Shown piece after piece: positions 1 through 6,406 of a stretch of 7,195 bases of DNA. A model generated the notes under the pieces. That model did not search any database and had not been told where the DNA came from. It worked only from the letters and a program-made list of their open reading frames with translations. The translations under genes and the position numbers were made by a program. Position 1 is the first letter of the stretch, and the number at the start of each line of letters is the position of its first letter. The DNA comes from a metagenome, in sequence record CEPK01079385.1; one strand, given 5' to 3'.

Positions 1-159
1 ATCGCGAGCGACGCCATGCCGAGCGGAGGAGCTCGAACGCGGGCGCGCGCGAGCGAGCGCGCGCGTGTGGGGACGTCGGGGGAACGGGACGTGACGTGGG
101 CGCGTGGATGGGCACGGTGACTGTTTTCCGAATCGTGACTCGTCATTAGTTGATGGGTT

Positions 160-179
160 GGGACTCGACAAAGAGTCCC
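160..179. repeat. Inverted repeat GGGACTC-N6-GAGTCCC upstream of BET3
   Basis: The arms 160..166 and 173..179 are exact reverse complements, with spacer GACAAA. The repeat lies about 90-110 nt upstream of the BET3 ATG. The 10-mer TGACTCGTCA at 136..145 is identical to 2761..2770. Confidence 0.85.
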
Positions 180-194
180 TCGGGTCCTCGCCAC

Positions 195-229
195 GAATCA
201 TCCGAATCATCCGTCGGAATCATCCGTCG
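195..229. repeat. Three copies of GAATCATCC in the BET3 5' flank (the last two form a 13-bp tandem GAATCATCCGTCG)
   Basis: The copies are at 195..203, 204..212 and 217..225. The units 204..216 and 217..229 are identical. Confidence 0.9.
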
Positions 230-250
230 TCGAGGAAGACGGACGGGAGA

Positions 251-264
251 CGCGCGCGCGCGCG
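251..264. repeat. (CG)7 alternating purine-pyrimidine tract directly upstream of the BET3 ATG
   Basis: cgcgcgcgcgcgcg is read directly at 251..264, 3 nt before ATG 268. Confidence 0.9.
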
Positions 265-267
265 GTG

Positions 268-861
268 ATGGCGCCGAACGCGCAGACGACGCCTCGTCGC
301 GTGCGTCCGGAGACGCTCGGTGGCGCGTGTTGGAACGGGGCGGAGAAGGTGAACGCGGAACTGTTCGCGCTCACGCACGGCGCCTTCGTGCGGCAGATTT
401 TGCGCGACCGCGAGGACGACGTGGAGGCGACGAACGGGGCGTTGGAGCGAATCGGACGGTCGATCGGGGCGAGGATCATCGAGGAGTACCTGGCGAAGAC
501 GAACGCGAGCGCTGGGGGGTGTCGGTCGTTCGAGGATGCGATGGAGATGACGGCCAAGGTTGGATTGAAGATGTTTTTAAACGTCGAGGCGAGGACGAGG
601 GATTGGAGCGAGGAGAGGGATGAGTGCGTGATCGAGATGGAGAGTAATCCTCTGGCGGAGTTTGTGGAGCTGCCGAAGAGGTACGGGGATCTGTATTACT
701 GTAACGCGCTGTGCGGGACGATTCAGGGCGCGTTGGAGGCGGTGCGGGTGCGCACGGCGTGTTCGTTCGAGAGCGATCCGTTGCGCGGAACGGGGGAGAA
801 GTTTGCGATTCGCGTCAAGCTCTTGGAGCTCGTGCCCGAGGAGTATCCGTTCGACGAGTGA
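268..861 (+). CDS. BET3: TRAPP complex core subunit Bet3/TRAPPC3 homologue (197 aa)
   Basis: The track ORF 265..861 opens on GTG. The first ATG is at 268, which is the start expected in a eukaryote. By eye, and from memory of human TRAPPC3, the translation matches along its whole length: KVNAELFALTHGAFVRQI vs KMSSELFTLTYGALVTQL; IGARIIEEYLAKTN vs IGVRLIEDFLARSN; NPLAEFVELP vs NPLVDFVELP; YCNALCGTIQGALE vs YSNLLCGVLRGALE. The Cys that is acylated in Bet3 is present (TGT 520..522, GGCRSF). The stop is TGA 859..861. Codons end mostly in G/C. Confidence 0.85.
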   Translation: MAPNAQTTPRRVRPETLGGACWNGAEKVNAELFALTHGAFVRQILRDREDDVEATNGALERIGRSIGARIIEEYLAKTNASAGGCRSFEDAMEMTAKVGLKMFLNVEARTRDWSEERDECVIEMESNPLAEFVELPKRYGDLYYCNALCGTIQGALEAVRVRTACSFESDPLRGTGEKFAIRVKLLELVPEEYPFDE

Positions 862-868
862 GGGCGAG

Positions 869-873
869 TGTAA
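869..873 (+). promoter_or_regulatory. TGTAA pentamer, candidate green-algal polyadenylation signal for BET3
   Basis: TGTAA lies 8 nt after the BET3 stop. TGTAA is the known poly(A) signal in Chlamydomonas and related chlorophytes. A single pentamer is weak evidence. Confidence 0.3.
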
Positions 874-907
874 CATAATAATAGTACGTGAATTGTGATG
901 CGGAAGT

Positions 908-923
908 CGCCAACCGGTTCGCG
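908..923. repeat. Near-perfect 16-bp palindrome CGCCAACCGGTTCGCG in the 68-bp spacer between the convergent BET3 and SQE stop codons
   Basis: The core AACCGGTT is at 912..919. It is flanked by CGC (908..910) and GCG (921..923). There is one mismatched pair (911/920). Confidence 0.8.
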
Positions 924-929
924 CCGACG

Positions 930-2495
930 CTAAATGATTCCTAGACGCGTTCGAAGCCACGCTGGAAAGAACATGCGCGCGAACCCCTCGCCCTTGACGA
1001 TGGGGAAGATGATCTTGCACGCCCCGGCTAAAATGTTACCGCTCTGGAGCAGACGCTCGGGCGTCGGAAGCGGCACCATGAGACGTCCGATGCCGAAGAG
1101 TGCGACGCTAAAAAAGTGATTCACCAGATTGAGTGGATTCGGATCGAGACCGCCCAAGAGCGCAATCGGACCGCGCGCGTAACTTCCACCGAGCTTGAGG
1201 TACTCGAAACACGCCTGGCGCATTTCTTCCATGCTCGAGTCGCTGCTCGAGCAAAAGACGGCGTACAGCGCGTTGGCGAGCGTATTTATCGTCAACGCCG
1301 GTCGCGTGCGGTGGCGGTAAAACTCGTCGAGCTTCGCCCCGGTCTCCACGGGGTCCGAAAATTTCGGTAACGGCGAGAGCATCGACTTAAAGGTGGAAAT
1401 GTCGTTGAGCGCCACCGTCATGCCGCCGCCCGTGAGCGGGTGTCGCATGTTGAATGCGTCGCCCAAGAGCACGGCTCCTGGAGTTCGCGTCGGTTTCGCC
1501 GCCATCGTCTTGTTCGGCATCGATCTAAAGTTTCCTTGCTCCACCGCGAACACGAGGTGCGGTCGAAGCTGCTCCGGAACCTGCGGCACAATCTTCTCCA
1601 ACACGTACTTGGCCATCTCTCCCTTGGCCACGCTCGGCATCTTCACCGACGCGGGAATATCCACCAAGCATCGCACTTCGTTGGATGAGATTGGATAAAA
1701 CAGCACCGGCGACGGGTCACCGAGCACGACGTGACCGTGGCTACTGTTCGGCAACAAGTCGCTCGGCGCCCCCTTCAAAATCACCCCGACGAAGTGGCTC
1801 GGGTGATTCGGCGACGACTGCGGACTCAACTTGGAGCGCAAACTGCTAAAATGGCCATCACACACCACCGTGAGCGGTGCGAACACCGTCTTGGTGACGC
1901 TCGACCCGGGAATCACCTTTTGCGCCTTGGCGTCCCAGGTTTCCCCGGTGGTGTACGACACTCCCGCCACCGTCTCGCCCTCGGTCCACTCCTCGCCTCG
2001 CGCGTTGAGCAGCTTCTTCACCGTCCCTTGACGAAGCTCCACGCCCTCGACCGCGCGCGCCGCCTCTCGAAGCTTTTGCACGAATCGCCCGTTATGAAAA
2101 CTCCGTCCCGCGACGTCTTCCGAGCGTCCCTCGAGCGGGTACATCATCGTCGCCACCTCGCCGTTCTTAAACATCGTGTACCCGTACACCTTTTGCGCGT
2201 CGATGCCCTCGACGCACGACTCCAATCCGAGCTCTTTCAGCTTTAAGTACCCACCGGGCTGTAACAACTCCCCCACGATTCGATCCGGTTCGCTCAAATC
2301 TCGCTCCACGCACAACACGCGCCGACCTTGCTTCCCGAACGAGTGCGCCAGACTCGCCCCCGCCACGCCCGCGCCGACGACGACGACGTCCCACGCGCCC
2401 GCGTCGTCCCCCCTCGCCTCTCGCGCCGGCGCCGCGCTCGCATCCTCGCTCGCGCGTTTCGAACGCGAACCGACCGCCTCGCGAGAGCTTCCCAT
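930..2495 (-). CDS. SQE: Squalene monooxygenase (squalene epoxidase), FAD-dependent, 521 aa
   Basis: A single 521-codon ORF runs from ATG (plus-strand cat 2493..2495) to TAG (plus-strand cta 930..932). An N-terminal Rossmann dinucleotide-binding motif DVVVVGAGVAGASLA is present, with GxGxxG at 2358..2375. The squalene-epoxidase signature LLGDAFNMRHPLTGGGMTVAL and the C-terminal block IALLGGLDPNPLNLVNHFFSVA are characteristic of the SQLE/ERG1/SQE family. Identification is from memory of the family. Confidence 0.93.
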   Translation of the reverse strand: MGSSREAVGSRSKRASEDASAAPAREARGDDAGAWDVVVVGAGVAGASLAHSFGKQGRRVLCVERDLSEPDRIVGELLQPGGYLKLKELGLESCVEGIDAQKVYGYTMFKNGEVATMMYPLEGRSEDVAGRSFHNGRFVQKLREAARAVEGVELRQGTVKKLLNARGEEWTEGETVAGVSYTTGETWDAKAQKVIPGSSVTKTVFAPLTVVCDGHFSSLRSKLSPQSSPNHPSHFVGVILKGAPSDLLPNSSHGHVVLGDPSPVLFYPISSNEVRCLVDIPASVKMPSVAKGEMAKYVLEKIVPQVPEQLRPHLVFAVEQGNFRSMPNKTMAAKPTRTPGAVLLGDAFNMRHPLTGGGMTVALNDISTFKSMLSPLPKFSDPVETGAKLDEFYRHRTRPALTINTLANALYAVFCSSSDSSMEEMRQACFEYLKLGGSYARGPIALLGGLDPNPLNLVNHFFSVALFGIGRLMVPLPTPERLLQSGNILAGACKIIFPIVKGEGFARMFFPAWLRTRLGII

Positions 2496-2583
2496 GACGC
2501 TCTCGCGCGACGCTCGACCGCGCGTTCCTCGACCGGACGAACGGGCCGATGACGCTCGATGATTCGCGCGGATTCCGCGACGA

Positions 2584-2650
2584 CGGTCGACGCTCGACGC
2601 TCGACTCTCGACGCGTCGACGGTCGACGCGACGCTCGTCTCAACGCTCGA
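2584..2650. repeat. Degenerate heptamer array (CGNTCGA)n in the SQE 5' flank
   Basis: The array reads cggtcga cgctcga cgctcga ctctcga cgcgtcga cggtcga ... cgctcga. The 13-mer CGACGGTCGACGC occurs at 2581..2593 and 2617..2629. The exact heptamer CGCTCGA occurs at 2511, 2553, 2591, 2598 and 2644. Confidence 0.85.
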
Positions 2651-2753
2651 CGCACCGGCGGACGCGCGCGCGAGACTGGCGACGCGACGACGACGAGACG
2701 CGCGCGTCATCGGTCGCGCGCGTCCGGGAACGCATCGTGGGTGACGACCACGA

Positions 2754-2780
2754 CGGGTCATGACTCGTCACGAGTCCCTC
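2754..2780. repeat. Upstream copy of the same element: 15-mer CGGGTCATGACTCGT identical to 2945..2959, overlapping a 7-1-7 palindrome GACTCGT-C-ACGAGTC
   Basis: 2754..2768 equals 2945..2959 exactly. GACTCGT (2762..2768) pairs with ACGAGTC (2770..2776). It is followed by GAGTCCCTC (2772..2780), a 9-mer also present at 173..181. Confidence 0.9.
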
Positions 2781-2876
2781 CGCCCCATCGACGACGACAC
2801 CTGGTGGATGAGGTTCAGAACGTACCCCCTCACACGGTGTATTTTCACACAGGGTACGCACGAAACGTCCGATTCT

Positions 2877-2896
2877 CGATGCGATGCGATGCGATG
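2877..2896. repeat. (CGATG)4 pentanucleotide repeat in the SQE-KRI1 spacer
   Basis: Four exact tandem copies are read directly. They are followed by CCACCC-type tracts at 2900..2905, 2911..2917 and 2931..2938. Confidence 0.9.
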
Positions 2897-2944
2897 GGAC
2901 CACCCACCGACCACCCCTGCCGTCGACGTGCCCACCCACATTCT

Positions 2945-2977
2945 CGGGTCATGACTCGTTCGTTGAGTCATGACCCG
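2945..2977. repeat. Perfect 13-bp inverted repeat CGGGTCATGACTC-N7-GAGTCATGACCCG, ending 6 nt upstream of the KRI1 ATG
   Basis: The left arm is 2945..2957, the spacer GTTCGTT is 2958..2964, and the right arm is 2965..2977. The arms are exact reverse complements. The element contains TGAGTCA at 2964..2970 and ATG triplets at 2951 and 2970. Its existence is certain; its function is unknown. Confidence 0.9.
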
Positions 2978-2983
2978 TGATCT

Positions 2984-5305
<2,322 letters not shown>

Positions 5306-5438
5306 GTACGCAACGCATCGTTGTTATAGCATTATTACAGCACAGCACAACGCGCGACGCCACGTGACGACGCTTCGACTTCTCAACCGTCGGCGCGCGC
5401 CGCGCCTCCGCCGATCGATGGGTCATCACGACGCAGAT

Positions 5439-5444
5439 AAAAAA
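5439..5444 (-). terminator. Candidate RNA polymerase III terminator (T6 on the minus strand)
   Basis: A6 on the plus strand at 5439..5444 reads as TTTTTT on the tRNA strand. It is the first T-run downstream of the tRNA 3' end, about 31 nt from the discriminator. Confidence 0.5.
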
Positions 5445-5474
5445 TATGAATAGGCTTCATAGCCCTTACATAAC

Positions 5475-5589
5475 GGGGGATGCCGAGAATCGAACTCGGG
5501 GCCTCTCCCACATTCTTTTCGCATCGAGCGCACTTCAGCGCTGGGTTACATCACCCGAAGGGAGAATCATACCACTAGACCACATCCCC
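5475..5589 (-). tRNA. trnP-CGG: Nuclear (cytosolic-type) tRNA-Pro, anticodon CGG, with a 43-nt intron; 72 nt after splicing
   Basis: Cloverleaf folded by hand on the minus strand. Acceptor GGGGATG (5589..5583) pairs with CATCCCC (5482..5476) and the discriminator is C at 5475. The D arm is GTCT-AGTGGTA-TGAT. The anticodon stem is CTCCC (5564..5560) with GGGAG (5509..5505). The loop is TTCGGG/T with anticodon CGG at 5557..5555. The variable loop is AGGCC. The T arm is CCGAG-TTCGATT-CTCGG. No CCA is encoded. The D arm and anticodon arm are nearly identical to metazoan tRNA-Pro as I recall it. Confidence 0.9.
5511..5553 (-). other. tRNA intron at the canonical 37/38 position (43 nt)
   Basis: The sequence TGATGTAACCCAGCGCTGAAGTGCGCTCGATGCGAAAAGAATG lies between G37 (5554) and T38 (5510). 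The boundary can shift by 1 nt because T flanks both ends. The intron contains its own hairpin, AGCGC-TGAAGT-GCGCT (plus coordinates 5527..5542). A CCC run in the intron can pair with anticodon-loop GGG. Confidence 0.8.
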
Positions 5590-5674
5590 GTCCGTATGTC
5601 TTTGTATGACGTCTACTGACGACGAACCCTTCGTAAAATCTACACCCCCCACGCGTCGGCATTGAGACCGTCAA

Positions 5675-5734
5675 GGTTATGGGCGTCCTACGAGGGTTTA
5701 GTGCGTCCGACGAGGGTTTATGGGACGCGCGCGG
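5675..5734. repeat. About 2.5 copies of a 20-bp tandem repeat with a GGGTTTA core
   Basis: The units are ggttatgggcgtcctacgag (5675..5694), ggtttagtgcgtccgacgag (5695..5714) and ggtttatgggacgcgcgcgg (5715..5734). The 18-mers at 5683..5700 and 5703..5720 differ at one base. Confidence 0.85.
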
Positions 5735-5756
5735 GGACGCGCGCGAATCGGTCGTC

Positions 5757-6065
5757 TCACTCGTCGTCCGACGCGTACAGCGCGAGGGCGAGGAGCAACG
5801 CGACGTTCATCGCCGCGAAGACGTCGGCGTACCAGTACCCGGTGAGCGCGCCGAGACCGTCGATCGGGGAATCGCTCGCGAAGAGCGCCTCGAGCGGGTT
5901 GGACCCGTCGGGGACGCGCCACACCGGTGGGATCGCGCGCGGTGGTGACGACGCGCGAGGAGACGGCGCGGACGTCCTCGCGTTTCTCGCGTTCCTCGCG
6001 TTCCTCGCGTTCGTGTGGATTCTCGTCCGAGGGAGCGCGCGAACGGTGGCGCGCGTCGTCGCCAT
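5757..6065 (-). CDS. Tentative small protein (102 aa) with an Ala/Arg/Ser/Thr-rich presequence-like N-terminus and one C-terminal hydrophobic helix; identity not recognised
   Basis: The ORF runs from ATG (plus-strand cat 6063..6065) to TGA (plus-strand tca 5757..5759). The C-terminal half, VPDGSNPLEALFASDSPIDGLGALTGYWYADVFAAMNVALLLALALYASDDE, reads like real protein. It has a roughly 22-residue hydrophobic segment (5772..5837) and an acidic tail. Its codons almost all end in G/C. The competing ORFs on both strands are Arg-rich and featureless. The N-terminal 45 residues (MATTRATVRALPRTR..NARNARNAR..SAPSPRASSPPRA) resemble an organellar targeting peptide. I found no recognisable family match. 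Confidence 0.4.
   Translation of the reverse strand: MATTRATVRALPRTRIHTNARNARNARNARTSAPSPRASSPPRAIPPVWRVPDGSNPLEALFASDSPIDGLGALTGYWYADVFAAMNVALLLALALYASDDE
5977..6012. repeat. Four tandem copies of the 9-bp unit CTCGCGTTY, in frame in the tentative small ORF (Asn-Ala-Arg repeats)
   Basis: The copies are at 5977..5985, 5986..5994, 5995..6003 and 6004..6012. On the minus strand they read AAC GCG AGG and encode NARNARNAR. Confidence 0.9.
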
Positions 6066-6305
6066 CGTGTGAAGATTGACGCGCGCGACGGAGACGCGTC
6101 GTCGACGGCGGCGCCTCGTCGTCGGCGTCGCGGCGACGCGAATCGTCGGCGTCGCGGGCGACGCGTTCGTCGCGCCGTACGCGTCGGCGAGCGGATCGAA
6201 CGCGTGGGCGATGGTGGCGGCGGCGATGCGCGCGAGCGATGGCGGCGGCCGTCGTCGCCGCCGCAGTCGTGACGAGAGGATTCGTCGCGAGCGGCGCTGG
6301 ATGGC

Positions 6306-6343
6306 ATGGGTAGATGGATAGATAAAGTGGGTGGGTGGATGTA
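6306..6343. repeat. 38-nt tract with no C on the plus strand (no G on the minus strand), containing (GTGG)3
   Basis: The tract reads atgggtagatggatagataaagtgggtgggtggatgta. (GTGG)3 is at 6327..6338. It lies between the stop of the 6407.. gene and the start of the tentative small ORF. Confidence 0.85.
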
Positions 6344-6406
6344 CTATTTAGGTCGTGCTGCACCGCAGTGCTTGTATGTACAATGAATAATCGAACGCTA
6401 TTTTTC

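Noticed and set aside
1-17. Possible divergent minus-strand gene starting at ATG (plus-strand cat 15..17) and running off the left edge
   Set aside because: Only five codons are visible, so the sequence in this window cannot support a gene call.
150-623. ORFs 150..623 (+) and 207..557 (-) overlapping BET3 and its upstream region
   Set aside because: The 150 ORF starts at TTG, and its product is Arg/Gly/Asp-rich with no recognisable domain. The BET3 frame explains the coding signal. The GTG at 265 was also rejected as the BET3 start in favour of ATG 268.
2584-2650. Short direct repeats considered as a CRISPR-like array
   Set aside because: The units are 7-8 bp and contiguous, with no spacers. 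The context is eukaryotic, so this is a degenerate microsatellite or minisatellite.
2167-2980. ORFs spanning the SQE-KRI1 divergent spacer (2167..2655 -, 2294..2761 -, 2176..2562 +, 2549..2980 +, 2640..2939 -, 2760..2954 +)
   Set aside because: The products are Arg/Ser/Thr-rich and featureless, and they overlap one another in several frames. They include repeat arrays, which give them spurious length. Nothing suggests an N-terminal extension of SQE, because ATG 2495 is the first start in its frame.
5361-5366. CACGTG (G-box/E-box) and a GGGTCAT word (5420..5426) in the KRI1-tRNA spacer
   Set aside because: Single 6-7-mers are expected by chance in 7 kb on two strands. Neither lies upstream of any gene start here.
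5511-5553. C/D-box-like words in the tRNA intron (GUGAUGU at the 5' end, CUGA 16 nt in), reminiscent of the archaeal tRNA-Trp intron that encodes a box C/D guide RNA
   Set aside because: The intron is only 43 nt. It has no terminal D box or C'/D' pair and no kink-turn-forming ends. The putative guide stretch is better explained as the usual anticodon-intron pairing.
5662-6363. Alternative ORFs over the small-ORF locus (5698..6363 -, 5807..6307 -, 5662..6072 +, 5679..5948 +, 6015..6272 +, 6076..6321 +)
   Set aside because: They are dominated by Arg, Ser and Pro, some have non-ATG starts, and none has a hydrophobic core or a plausible domain. Only the 5757..6065 minus frame shows protein-like composition, and even that call is tentative.
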